Source of the DNA: Elusimicrobiota bacterium
GTDB taxonomy: Bacteria; Elusimicrobiota; Elusimicrobia; UBA1565; UBA9628
DNA: 64,000 bases
Direction: 5' to 3'
NCBI GenBank assembly: GCA_016182905.1
Contig: JACPFR010000005.1
Coordinates: 12,185 to 76,184, forward strand
Shown: positions 36,305 through 45,772 of the stretch, piece by piece
How positions within the stretch are numbered: the first letter of the stretch is position 1
How the letters are laid out: each line of letters begins with the position of its first letter
Program-made: the position numbers and the translations under genes
The notes under the pieces: model-generated
Told to the model about the DNA's origin: nothing
The model's database searches: none
Seen by the model: only the letters and a program-made list of their open reading frames with translations

Positions 36305-37051
36305 ATGAACCGCTCGATCCTCATCGTTTCCCTGATCCTGTCGACGGGCGAAGTCTCTCGGGCCGCGGAGCCCGACGGAGCGCGAGCGCGATTGAACGCG
36401 ACGCTCGCGGCGCGGGTGCTCGAGGGCCGCGTCGACTACGCCGGCCTCAAGAAGGACTCGTCCGGCCTGGACGCCTGGCTCGCCGCCGCCGCCGCGGCCG
36501 ACGAGGACGAATTCAAGGGCCGGCCGCGAGATCAGCGGCTGGCCTTCCTGATCAACCTGTACAACGCCGCGACCCTGCGCCTCATACTGGACCGCTATCC
36601 GATCGCCTCCATCCGGGACATCGGACCGGCATGGGACCCGAACAAGGCCTGGAAGCTCCCGGCGGTGAAGGCGTTCGGGCGGACCGTCACGCTCAACCAG
36701 CTCGAGCACGAGATGATCCGCCCGGTCTATAACGAGCCGCGCGTCCATTTCGCGCTCGTTTGCGCGGCCAAGGGCTGCCCGCCCCTGCGCTCCGAGTCCT
36801 ACGACGGGACGCGGCTCGACGCGCAGCTCGACGATCAGGCCCGGACCTTCCTGTCTCAGAGGGCCAAGAACGACGCCAGCAAGGCGGGGGAGACGGCCTA
36901 TCTTTCCCCGATCTTCAAATGGTACATGAAGGACTTCGGCGGCTCGAAGAAAGCCGTCCTGAGATACGTGAAGAAGTGGCTGCCGGTCGAGGAAGGCTGG
37001 GCGGTCGATTGGACGGCGTACGATTGGGCGCTCAACGAGGATAAGAAATGA
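36305..37051 (+). CDS. DUF547 exported protein
   Basis: VDYAGL, LAFLINLYNA, EPRVHFALVCAAKGCPPL, SPIFKWY..DF, YDWALN. Confidence 0.92.
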   Translation: MNRSILIVSLILSTGEVSRAAEPDGARARLNATLAARVLEGRVDYAGLKKDSSGLDAWLAAAAAADEDEFKGRPRDQRLAFLINLYNAATLRLILDRYPIASIRDIGPAWDPNKAWKLPAVKAFGRTVTLNQLEHEMIRPVYNEPRVHFALVCAAKGCPPLRSESYDGTRLDAQLDDQARTFLSQRAKNDASKAGETAYLSPIFKWYMKDFGGSKKAVLRYVKKWLPVEEGWAVDWTAYDWALNEDKK

Positions 37052-37671
37052 GGGAGTTCCTGGCGTCGGCGCTGGCGTGGACCGCGGCCGCCGGTCCCCT
37101 GGGACAGGCGGCTTTCGTGGGGCTTTACGTCCTGGCCACCGTGGCCTTCCTGCCCGGCTCGGTGTTGACCTTGGGGGCGGGCGCGGCCTTCGGCCTTTGG
37201 AAGGGATTCATTTTGGTCTCGATCGGCTCGACCGTGGGGGCGAGCGCCGCGTTCCTGGTGGGGCGCTACCTGCTGCGGGACTGGGTTTCCCGTAAGCTGG
37301 AGAACGTCCCCGCGTTCGGCGCGATCGCAGGAGCCGTGGGCCAGGAGGGCTGGAAGGTCGTGCTTCTGACGCGCCTGTCGCCCGTGCTGCCGTTCAACCT
37401 GCTCAACTACGCCTACGGCCTGACCACGGTGGGCTTCGGGGAATACGTCCTGGCTTCTTGGCTCGGGATGATCCCGGGCACCTTCTTGTACGTCTACCTC
37501 GGCGCCGTCGCCGGCGAAGCCGCGCGGGGTGGCTCTCGCGCGCGCACGCCCGCCGAGTGGGCGCTGTACGCGGGGGGGCTGGCCGCCACCGCCGTCGCCG
37601 CCTGGCTGGTGGGCCGCACCGCCAAGCGCGCGCTGTCCGCCAAGACGGCGCCGAACGCAAAGGAGAAATGA
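37048..37671 (+). CDS. TVP38/TMEM64 (DedA superfamily) membrane protein
   Basis: LPGSVLTLGAG, RLSPVLPFNLLNYAYG, GMIPGT. Confidence 0.92.
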   Translation: MREFLASALAWTAAAGPLGQAAFVGLYVLATVAFLPGSVLTLGAGAAFGLWKGFILVSIGSTVGASAAFLVGRYLLRDWVSRKLENVPAFGAIAGAVGQEGWKVVLLTRLSPVLPFNLLNYAYGLTTVGFGEYVLASWLGMIPGTFLYVYLGAVAGEAARGGSRARTPAEWALYAGGLAATAVAAWLVGRTAKRALSAKTAPNAKEK

Positions 37672-39189
37672 ATGTCGAACGACCTGATCTCGCCCATGGA
37701 CGAGCACAACCGCAAGCTTCTGTCCAACGTCCATCCGCCGGACTGGGTCAACCCCGAGCCCGCGGGGCGCTACAATCTCGTCGTCATCGGAGGCGGGACG
37801 GCCGGGCTCGTCACCGCCGTCGGCGCGGCGGGCCTGGGCGCCAAGGTCGCCCTGATCGAGAAGCACCTGATGGGCGGCGACTGCCTCAACGTCGGGTGCG
37901 TGCCGTCGAAGGCCCTGATCTCCGCTTCGCGCGCCGCCGCCCGGGTCCGGAGCGCGGGAGAGTTCGGCGTCAAGGTTCCGGACGGCGTGACGGTGGATTT
38001 CCCGGCGGTGATGGAGCGCCTGCGTCGTCTGCGCGCGGACATCAGCAGGAACGACTCGGCGGCGCGCTTCAAGAGTCTCGGGGTCGACGTGTTCGTCGGC
38101 CAGGGCCGGTTCACGGGCTCGGACAGCGTCGAGGTCGGCGGCAAGACCTTGCGCTTCGCCAAAGCCGTGATCGCCACGGGCGCGCGCGCAGTGACCTTGC
38201 CCATCCCCGGTCTCAAGGAGTCCGGGGCGCTGACCAACGAGACGGTGTTCAACCTCACCGAACTGCCCAAGCGCCTGCTCGTCATCGGCGCCGGCCCCAT
38301 CGGCGTGGAGATGGCTCAGGCCTTCGCGCGCCTGGGCTCCCAGGTGACTTTGTTCGAGGCCCTGCACGGCATCCTCAACCGGGAGGACCAGGACGCCGCC
38401 GAGCTCGTGCGCAAGTCCCTCGACCGCGACAAGGTCGAGTTCCTGTGCTGCGTCGACATCGAGCGAGTCGAGCGCTCCGGCGCCGTGAGCACGGCGCATT
38501 TTAAGAGCAAACACGGGCCTTCCGGCACGAAGGAATTCGACGCGGTCCTCGTCGGCGTAGGGCGCGCGCCCAACGTCGAAGGCCTCGAGCTCGACGCGGT
38601 CGGCGTGGCCTTCGACAAGACCGGCGTCAAGGTCGACGATCAGCTGCGCACGACGAACCCGAACATCTACGCCGCGGGCGACATCTGCCTGGCGCCGAAG
38701 TTCACCCACACCGCCGATTTCGCGGCGCGCATCGTGATCCAGAACGCGCTGTTCATGGGGCGCAAGCGCTTCAGCGCGCTGACCATCCCCTGGTGCACCT
38801 ACACCGATCCCGAGATCGCCCACGTCGGCCTGTACGAGAAGGAGGCGCTGGCCAGGGGGCTCAAGGTCCGGACCTTCGTCCAGAAGCTCGACGAGGTGGA
38901 CCGCGCCATCCTCGACGGCGAATCCGAGGGGTTCGTGAAAGTCCATGTCGAGGACGGGACCGATAAGATCCTGGGCGCCACCATCGTCGCCTCTCACGCG
39001 GGCGACATGATCGGCGAGATCTCGGTGGCGATGAACAACGGCGTCGGGCTTTCCGGCATCGGGGCGACCATCCACCCGTACCCGACCCAGGCCGAGGCCG
39101 TGCGCAAGCTCGGCGACGCCTACAACCGCACGCGCCTGACGCCTTTCGCCAAGTCCGCGCTCGGCGCCTGGCTGCGATGGAGCCGGTAG
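37672..39189 (+). CDS. Mercuric reductase-like FAD disulfide oxidoreductase (not bona fide MerA)
   Basis: GGGTAG, GGDCLNVGCVPSK, GAGPIG, HPYPT; lacks the C-terminal CC of MerA. Confidence 0.88.
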   Translation: MSNDLISPMDEHNRKLLSNVHPPDWVNPEPAGRYNLVVIGGGTAGLVTAVGAAGLGAKVALIEKHLMGGDCLNVGCVPSKALISASRAAARVRSAGEFGVKVPDGVTVDFPAVMERLRRLRADISRNDSAARFKSLGVDVFVGQGRFTGSDSVEVGGKTLRFAKAVIATGARAVTLPIPGLKESGALTNETVFNLTELPKRLLVIGAGPIGVEMAQAFARLGSQVTLFEALHGILNREDQDAAELVRKSLDRDKVEFLCCVDIERVERSGAVSTAHFKSKHGPSGTKEFDAVLVGVGRAPNVEGLELDAVGVAFDKTGVKVDDQLRTTNPNIYAAGDICLAPKFTHTADFAARIVIQNALFMGRKRFSALTIPWCTYTDPEIAHVGLYEKEALARGLKVRTFVQKLDEVDRAILDGESEGFVKVHVEDGTDKILGATIVASHAGDMIGEISVAMNNGVGLSGIGATIHPYPTQAEAVRKLGDAYNRTRLTPFAKSALGAWLRWSR

Positions 39190-39213
39190 GCCGGCGCCCG
39201 GGCAGGTGAGATC

Positions 39214-40077
39214 GTGAGCGGGCGGACGGCCTTCGTTTTCGCGGGGGGAGGGAGCCTCGGCGCGGTGCAGGTGGGGATGCTCAAGGCCCTGGCGCGGGCG
39301 GGGGTCGTGCCGGACTTGGTGGTGGGAGCGTCGGTCGGCGCGATCAACGGAGCCTTTTACGCCGGCGACCCGACGCCCGCCGGCGTCGAGCGCATCGAGC
39401 GCATCTGGCTCGGCCTGTCGCGGCGGGACGTGTTCCCGTTCCCCTTCGTCCAGGGCTGCCTCGGCCTGGCGGGCCGCTCGTCCCATGTCTCGGATCCCGG
39501 ACGCCTGCGCTCGATCCTGGAGCCTGAGCTGCCGTGCCGCAGGCTCGAGGAGTGCTCCGTGCCCTGCGCGGTCGTGACGACCGATCTCATGGACGGCTCC
39601 GAGCGCGTCTACCGGGAAGGCCCGGCGATGAACCTGCTGTTGGCCAGCGCGGCGATCCCGGCCGTCTTCCCGCCGGTCCTTCACGAGGGACGCTATCTCG
39701 GCGACGGGGGCTTGGCCAACAATGAGCCCGTCTCGACCGCCGTCGCTCTCGGCGCGACGAAGGTGATCGTGCTCTCGACCGGGTTCTCCTGCGCGCTGGC
39801 GCGGCCGCCCCTCGGCGCCGTCGCGACGGCGCTCCACGCTCTTAATCTTCTCGTCAATCGGCGCCTGGTCCGCGACCTGGAAGGAGCGGGGGCCGGCGTC
39901 GAGGTGGCCGTGGTGCCGCCACTGTGTCCGGTCGCGGTGACCCCGTTCGATTTTTCGGCGACCGCCGACCTGATCCGCCGGGCCGAAGCCTCGACGCGGC
40001 TGTGGCTTCGCCAGGGCGGGCAGTCCCGGCGGGGCATACCGGACGAGTCCATTCCGCACAGCCACGGCATCGCCTAA
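39214..40077 (+). CDS. Patatin-like phospholipase
   Basis: GGGSLG, GASVG, DGG motifs. Confidence 0.93.
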   Translation: MSGRTAFVFAGGGSLGAVQVGMLKALARAGVVPDLVVGASVGAINGAFYAGDPTPAGVERIERIWLGLSRRDVFPFPFVQGCLGLAGRSSHVSDPGRLRSILEPELPCRRLEECSVPCAVVTTDLMDGSERVYREGPAMNLLLASAAIPAVFPPVLHEGRYLGDGGLANNEPVSTAVALGATKVIVLSTGFSCALARPPLGAVATALHALNLLVNRRLVRDLEGAGAGVEVAVVPPLCPVAVTPFDFSATADLIRRAEASTRLWLRQGGQSRRGIPDESIPHSHGIA

Positions 40078-40112
40078 GGGCGCTCGGCCGGCGATTTGGT
40101 ATCTTGGCTCCC

Positions 40113-41381
40113 ATGGCCGCCGTCTTCGCCGCCCTGCTCTTTCTTCTCGTCCCGCCGCTGCGCGCGACGACGGTCTCGCGCATCGAGGTCGAAGGCGCGC
40201 GTACGCGGACGGAGACCATCCTCGCGCTGCTCGACACCCGGCCGGGCGAGCCGTTCGACCCGGCCGCGTGGGAGCGGGACCTGCGGCGCCTGCGCAACCT
40301 CGACTACTTCTACGACGTGGAGGGCGCGGCCGCCGAGTCCGACGGGAAGGTCGACCTGACGCTGCGGCTGCGCAACAAGCACTCCACCTTGCCGGTGTTC
40401 AAGTTCAAGCGCGGGGGAGGGTCTTCCCTCATCACCGCCGGGCTGTACGAAATCAACTTCCTCGACCGCCTGCTCGAGGTCGGCGGCCAGTACGAGCGGT
40501 TCAACGGCCAGCCCGGTTACGCGCTGTGGTTCCGCCATCCCTATTTCCTGTCGCGCCGCAACCGTCTCGGCACCGAGGTCCTTTCGCACATGATCGACCT
40601 TCCGCTGCTGACGGACAAGGGAGCGGAGGAGGCGTTCTTCTCGAACCAGGAGACGCGTTGGAACGGGCGGCTGCAGCGCGAGCTGACCGAGCGGCTCAGG
40701 CTCGGGTTGGAACTGTCCGTCTACCGCAACGAGTTCGCCCGCGACGACGCGACGCCCGCGATGGCCGCGGCCAACGACGCTTTCCTGCGCTCGAGGGGCC
40801 TTCGCTCGGGACGGACGGTCTCGCTGACGCCGAGCGTGACCGTCGGACGCCTCGACCGGGACCGCCACCACGTCGTCGGTCACGAGGGCTTCGCGCAGGC
40901 CGAGCTGGCCCATCGCGCCTTCGGCTCGGACTTCGGCTTCGCCAAAGGTCTCCTGGGCGCCGCGGGGGGGTGGAGGCCGGCGGAGCGCTGGAACCTCGTC
41001 TACCAAGCCCGTCTCGGCAGCAAGACGGGCCGGGAGTTCCAGCATAAGTTCTACCTCGGCGGGCTGGACACCGCCCGGGGCTTCCTGGACAGGCAGTTCC
41101 GCGGCGAGCACATGTGGCTGGCCAACCTGGAGGCCCGCCCGACTCTCGTGGACAAGCCGCTGTGGGTGCTGCAGGGCGCGCTGTTCACGGACCTGGCCAA
41201 GACCTGGGACGCCCGAAATTTCGGGACGGAAGGCTTCGGCGACCCGATCTTCAGCTACGGGATCGGGGCGCGGGTGATCTTCCCGCGCGTCTACCGGGCG
41301 ATCCTGCGCCTGGACGCGGCGCGCACCCAGCGGCCGGTCCGGCAGACGGGCGTGAGCCTAGGCCTGCAGCAGTTCTTCTAG
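40113..41381 (+). CDS. Omp85-family protein (single POTRA + barrel)
   Basis: Signal peptide, IEVEG..RT POTRA, YLGG..TARGF, C-terminal F. Confidence 0.82.
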   Translation: MAAVFAALLFLLVPPLRATTVSRIEVEGARTRTETILALLDTRPGEPFDPAAWERDLRRLRNLDYFYDVEGAAAESDGKVDLTLRLRNKHSTLPVFKFKRGGGSSLITAGLYEINFLDRLLEVGGQYERFNGQPGYALWFRHPYFLSRRNRLGTEVLSHMIDLPLLTDKGAEEAFFSNQETRWNGRLQRELTERLRLGLELSVYRNEFARDDATPAMAAANDAFLRSRGLRSGRTVSLTPSVTVGRLDRDRHHVVGHEGFAQAELAHRAFGSDFGFAKGLLGAAGGWRPAERWNLVYQARLGSKTGREFQHKFYLGGLDTARGFLDRQFRGEHMWLANLEARPTLVDKPLWVLQGALFTDLAKTWDARNFGTEGFGDPIFSYGIGARVIFPRVYRAILRLDAARTQRPVRQTGVSLGLQQFF

Positions 41382-42358
41382 GCCGGGACGGCGTGGCCTT
41401 TGCGGGCCTTGATCTCGTTGGTGATGAGGGGGAGGAGCTCGGCGTACTCGCCCTGGACGGAGATCGAGGCCATCTGCATCAGCGGGCAGTCCTTGTCCGT
41501 GTTGATGGCGATAATGGTCCCGGAGGAGGCCATGCCCGCCAGGTGCTGGATCTGGCCGGAGATGCCGATCGCCACGTACAGCTTCGGGCGGACGGTGCGG
41601 CCGGTCAGGCCGACTTGATGCTTGTAGGGAATCCAGCCCGAGTCCACCGCGCGGCGGCTCGCGCCGACGGCGGCGCCGAGGGCGTGGGCCAGGTCGAAGA
41701 GGGGCTTGAAGCCCTCGGCGGAGCCGAGGCCGAAGCCGCCGGCGACGACCTTCTCGGCGGCGCCGAGGTCGATCTCCCGGGAGGTCTCTCCCTGGAAGGA
41801 GACGAACTCGGTCTTGGGCGCGCCCGGGTCGAAGGCGACGGCCTCGACGGGGGCGGCGGCGCCCGCGGTCTCGGCGCGGGGGAAGGTCATCGGGGCGACG
41901 GTCAGCACGCCGACGGGCGTCTTGAACTCGACCTCGGCGATGAGGTTTCCGCCGTAGTAGCCGCGGCGGACTCGGCCGTCCGAGAGGATCTCGGTGACGT
42001 CGGTCGCCAGCCCGGCCTTGAGATGGACCGCCAGGCGCGCGGCGAGCGCGCGGCCCGCGATCGTGGAGGGCAGGATGACGCGCGCGGCGCCGGACTTCTC
42101 CGCGGCGGCGGCGGCGGCCTTCGCGTAGGCCTCCTCGGTGAAGTCCTTGAGCGAGGCGTGCTCCACGGTGAACGCCTTGGCGACGCCGCGCGAGGCGACG
42201 TCGCCCGCGAGGGCGGCGGCGTTGCCGCCGACGACGGCGGCCAGCAGCGGCTGCTTGAGCGCGTCGGCCAGGACCTTGCCGGCGCCGAGGAGCTCGTACG
42301 AGGACGGCGACAGCGTTCCCCGCGAGGGGATGACGACGACGAGGATTCCGTTGGCCAT
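41378..42358 (-). CDS. etfA: Electron transfer flavoprotein alpha subunit
   Basis: GASRRAVDSGW, QVGLTG, GISGQIQH. Confidence 0.95.
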   Translation of the reverse strand: MANGILVVVIPSRGTLSPSSYELLGAGKVLADALKQPLLAAVVGGNAAALAGDVASRGVAKAFTVEHASLKDFTEEAYAKAAAAAAEKSGAARVILPSTIAGRALAARLAVHLKAGLATDVTEILSDGRVRRGYYGGNLIAEVEFKTPVGVLTVAPMTFPRAETAGAAAPVEAVAFDPGAPKTEFVSFQGETSREIDLGAAEKVVAGGFGLGSAEGFKPLFDLAHALGAAVGASRRAVDSGWIPYKHQVGLTGRTVRPKLYVAIGISGQIQHLAGMASSGTIIAINTDKDCPLMQMASISVQGEYAELLPLITNEIKARKGHAVPA

Positions 42359-42359
42359 G

Positions 42360-43163
42360 TTAGATGAGCTTCCTTTCGACGAGGATGTCGACGAGTTTGG
42401 CCGCTTTCTCGGCGGCCGTGGCGCCTTCCACCTTGAGCCCGGCGGGGCGGGCGGGGGGAAGGGCGGCTTTGACGACGACGGAGCCGGCGCCCGCGGCGCC
42501 GACCTGCGCGGGCTGCAGGCCGAGGTCGGCCGCCGTCCACTTGGGGAACACGGCCTTCTTCGAGGCCATCTTGCCCTTGAGCGAAGGCAGGCGCGGCTCG
42601 TTGATCTCCTTAATCGTGGAGACGCAGGCGGGAAGCGAGAGCTTCACGGTGTCGACGCCGTCCTCCATGTTGCGCAGGACGGTGACGGACTTGTCGTCGA
42701 CGGCCTCGATCTTCTTGACGGCCGAGACGCTGGCCCAGTCGAGCCACGCGGCGGTCTGGGTGCCGACGACGCCGGCGCCCGCGTCGGAGGTGTTCTTTCC
42801 GAAGAGGACGATGGAGACGGGCTTCTCGGCGTGCAGCTTCTTGAGCGCGGCGGACAGCGCCAGGCTGGTCGCGTAGGAGTCTCCGCCCTCGAACTCGGGG
42901 CCGGTGACGAGCGCGCCGGCGTCCACGCCGCGGGCGATGGCCTCGCGGAGGACCTCGGCGGCGGCGTCGGGGCCGACGGTGAGCGCGGTCGCGGTCGAGC
43001 CGGGCGCGCCCTCCTTGAGGCGGACGGCGGCCTCGACGGCGAACTCGTCGAACGGGTTCAGCGCGGTCGGGACGCCGGCGATCTTCGGCCGGCCTTCGGC
43101 GTCGACGCCGACGTTGACGGTGGAAGGGGTGCTCTTGACGCAGACGACGATGTTGAGTGCCAT
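42360..43163 (-). CDS. etfB: Electron transfer flavoprotein beta subunit
   Basis: IVVCVK, NPFDEFAVEAA, INEPRLPSLKG. Confidence 0.95.
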   Translation of the reverse strand: MALNIVVCVKSTPSTVNVGVDAEGRPKIAGVPTALNPFDEFAVEAAVRLKEGAPGSTATALTVGPDAAAEVLREAIARGVDAGALVTGPEFEGGDSYATSLALSAALKKLHAEKPVSIVLFGKNTSDAGAGVVGTQTAAWLDWASVSAVKKIEAVDDKSVTVLRNMEDGVDTVKLSLPACVSTIKEINEPRLPSLKGKMASKKAVFPKWTAADLGLQPAQVGAAGAGSVVVKAALPPARPAGLKVEGATAAEKAAKLVDILVERKLI

Positions 43164-43200
43164 GGTTTTTCGAGCATAGCAAATTGGCATAATCGGTCAA

Positions 43201-44313
43201 ATGGCGAACCACAAGGAGCTCAAGCTTCCCACCCGCTTCGGGAAAAAGACCCCCGGCGCCGCTCCCGGCGTGTACCCGGACCAGGTCGGGAAGCTGGCCC
43301 CGGCCAAGCCCGCTGCGCCGGTCAAGGTCACGGTCATCGACTACTCGCCCGAGCAGGTCGAGATGCGCGGCGCGCTCGACTTCGACGATTTCCTCGCCTC
43401 GCACCGCCCGGCGTGGACGACGGTGCGCTGGATCAACATCGACGGCCTCGCGAGCCCCAAGGCGATCGAGGCCTTGGCCAAGAAGTACGAGCTGCATCCG
43501 CTCGCCGTCGAGGACCTGCTCAACACGGGCACGCGCCCCAAGGCCGACGCCTACGGCGGCGACCCCGAGGTCGCGGCGCGGCTGTTCATCGTCGCGCGCA
43601 TGATCGAGCTCAAGGGCGAGCGCCTCGACAGCGAGCAGATCTCGATCTTCCTCGGCCACAAGACCGTGCTCACCTTCCAGGAGACGCCGGGCGACATATG
43701 GGACCCGATCCGCTCGCGGATAAACGCCAGGGGCTCGAGACTAAGGACCGCCGACGCGTCCTTCCTCGTGTACACCTTGCTCGACGCGATCGTCGACCAC
43801 ATCTTCCCGGTGCTCGAGCACTACGGCGACCTTCTCGAGGAGCTCGAGGCGCGCGTGCTCGAGGGCAGCCAGGCGAAGATCCTGCGGGACATCCACGCCC
43901 TGAAGCGGGAGCTGCTTCTGCTGCGGCGGGCGCTGTGGCCGATGCGCGACGTGGTCCACCAACTGCAGAGCGAGCGCCACGAGTGCCTCAGCGAGACCAC
44001 CCGCACCTACATGACCGACCTGTACGACCACGTCGTCCAGGCGATGGACATCCTCGAGACCTACCGTGAGATCGTCGCCGGCCTCGCCGAGACCCACCTG
44101 TCGGCGGTCAACAACCGCCTCAACGAGGTCATGAAGGTGCTGACCGTGATCTCGGTCGTCTTCATCCCGCTGAACTTCATGGCCGGCGTGTTCGGCATGA
44201 ACTTCGAGAACTTCCCCTGGAAGGCGCCGCACGCCTTCGAGATCTTCGCGATCTCCTGCCTCGCGATCATCTTCGCGATGGTCGGCTGGTTCCGCCGCCG
44301 CGACTGGATATAG
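43201..44313 (+). CDS. corA: Magnesium/cobalt transporter CorA
   Basis: LHPLAVED, NEVMKVLT, GMNF. Confidence 0.95.
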   Translation: MANHKELKLPTRFGKKTPGAAPGVYPDQVGKLAPAKPAAPVKVTVIDYSPEQVEMRGALDFDDFLASHRPAWTTVRWINIDGLASPKAIEALAKKYELHPLAVEDLLNTGTRPKADAYGGDPEVAARLFIVARMIELKGERLDSEQISIFLGHKTVLTFQETPGDIWDPIRSRINARGSRLRTADASFLVYTLLDAIVDHIFPVLEHYGDLLEELEARVLEGSQAKILRDIHALKRELLLLRRALWPMRDVVHQLQSERHECLSETTRTYMTDLYDHVVQAMDILETYREIVAGLAETHLSAVNNRLNEVMKVLTVISVVFIPLNFMAGVFGMNFENFPWKAPHAFEIFAISCLAIIFAMVGWFRRRDWI

Positions 44314-44317
44314 TTAT

Positions 44318-44397
44318 AAAAGAAAAACCACTCGCCCTCCAGCTCGGCTGATTTTCAGCCGTCGGGTTCCGGAAAAGAGATCCGGAGGGCGAGTGGT
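44318..44397 (-). terminator. Branched intrinsic terminator downstream of tRNA-Tyr
   Basis: 14-bp stem ACCACTCGCCCTCC (44327-44340) / GGAGGGCGAGTGGT (44384-44397) followed on the minus strand by TTTTCTTTT. Confidence 0.65.
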
Positions 44398-44479
44398 GGT
44401 AGGGACAGGATTCGAACCTGTGTAGGCTATTGCCGCCGGTTTTACAGACCGGTGCTTTTGACCGCTCAGCCACCCTACC
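44394..44479 (-). tRNA. tRNA-Tyr(GTA)
   Basis: GGTAGGG/CCCTACC acceptor, CCGGT-CT-GTA-AA-ACCGG anticodon arm, long variable arm, GGTTCGAATCC, encoded CCA. Confidence 0.97.
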
Positions 44480-44713
44480 GTTAAAACTAAACGCTTATCT
44501 TTGCTGCGTCTCTTGGCGTCCCGATTTTTCGGGAGTCCGAATTAACCGGATTTTTTGTCGAGATGTCTGTCGAGATTTTCTATCGAGCCGCTTGCTGAGA
44601 CGCCGCTGTTTCGGACGACTTCCGTCTGCTAATCACTGACAATCGCCATTTCCAGGCGCGTTTCAGCGGAACGGGTACATTATGCCAGTTTTCCGCTCGA
44701 TTCGAACAACCTT

Positions 44714-45223
44714 TCACCGTCCAGGCGCGGCGCTCGCCTTTCTCGGGACGGACGCGGCCGGCGCCGCCGGCTTGCGGCCGTTCGGAGTCATCGCTTCAAG
44801 GCGCCAGCGGACCTCGCGCTTGCCGAGCTTGCGGACCGCGATCAAGGCCGCGCGGGCCTTGTCGCGCGGCTTGGAGCGGCCGCCTTCCCATGCCAGCACC
44901 GCGCCCGCGCTGGCGCCGACGAGCTTGCCGAAGGCTTCGCGGGAGAGCCCGAGCCGCGCTCGCTGCGCGCGGATGAGGCTCGGGCCCAGGTGGGCGTGCT
45001 CGAGTTCCTTGCCGGAGGCGACCGCGGGCGCCGCCATCCGCTCTTTGTAGTCCATCAACAGCTTGGCGTTGTCCCGCCGCAGCTGCTCGGCGCTTCGCGT
45101 CAGCTCCGCGACCTTGCGTTTGAGGAACACCACGTCCTTGCGGAGTTTGGCGTCCGCTTGGCGCGAGACGCGGCGCGCCAGCCGCTGGATCTCGTCTTTA
45201 AGGATTACACCGATGTTGGGCAT
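44714..45223 (-). CDS. XRE-family HTH protein with N-terminal coiled coil
   Basis: MPNI...LK.EI.RLAR; LGLSRE.FGKLVGAS...V..WE.G...P. Confidence 0.85.
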   Translation of the reverse strand: MPNIGVILKDEIQRLARRVSRQADAKLRKDVVFLKRKVAELTRSAEQLRRDNAKLLMDYKERMAAPAVASGKELEHAHLGPSLIRAQRARLGLSREAFGKLVGASAGAVLAWEGGRSKPRDKARAALIAVRKLGKREVRWRLEAMTPNGRKPAAPAASVPRKASAAPGR

Positions 45224-45603
45224 GGGAACCTCCTGCAGGCGTTACTCGGTCAAGAGCCGATGGACATAATCGACCATCAGCTTCTGACGGCGTTCGCGAA
45301 ATTTTGGAACCAGGATTTCTCGGACGCGCTTTGCTTTCCGCATTTGCCTGATTGTCTCATTTTTATCTGTCCGGGATCGAACCCCCCCGGGTCAGATGGT
45401 TCTATGACGGCTTGTTGCCCAGCGTCGCTACGAGAGGCGGGAGGCCGCGGCTCTCGTCCTGCCCTGGGGGCGGACGGCCCCCAAAACAGTGGCGGACATT
45501 GGTCCGAGACGGTGGCGGTCATCGTCCGAAAAACGCACTTATAAACTTCACAGGATTAGGGTCTAAGTTCACCGCGCGCTCGCGCAAACGTGAATGTCAA
45601 GAA

Positions 45604-45705
45604 TTAGAAATGAAGGCCAAGGCTCCGGCTCAGCGCGAACTTTCCGCACCGACGGGAGCCCCGTGGCAGAGGGCGGATGGAGTAATGGGCTTCCTGAAAG
45701 GCCTG
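45604..45705 (+). pseudogene. C-terminal remnant of a RitC-like tyrosine recombinase
   Basis: LEMKAKAPAQ...PWQRADGVMGFLKGL resembles the L.MK.KAL...D.L..FL..L tail of the third RIT recombinase; no catalytic domain upstream. Confidence 0.5.
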
Positions 45706-45734
45706 GAGGATGAGGCCGGGAATGCTGCCGGGGC

Positions 45735-45766
45735 TTGACTCTATACCTAGGTATAGGGTGTAAAAT
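45735..45766 (+). promoter_or_regulatory. MerR-type promoter/operator
   Basis: TTGACT-N20-TAAAAT with perfect palindrome CTATACCTAGGTATAG; ATG 6 nt downstream (leaderless). Confidence 0.88.
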
Positions 45767-45772
45767 AGAATC

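Noticed and set aside
37672-39189. Calling this gene merA
   Set aside because: No C-terminal Cys-Cys and no N-terminal HMA; it ends in an HPYPT-type motif.
36898-40065. 1055-aa minus-strand ORF and other long antisense or alternate-frame ORFs (e.g. 56317..59046, 42138..44069)
   Set aside because: Shadows of high-GC genes with clear family motifs in another frame; Arg/Gly/Ala-rich with no motifs.
45374-45386. tRNA fragment/att site from GGGTTCGATCCC (minus strand)
   Set aside because: No acceptor stem or CCA follows, and it does not match the tRNA-Tyr T-arm.
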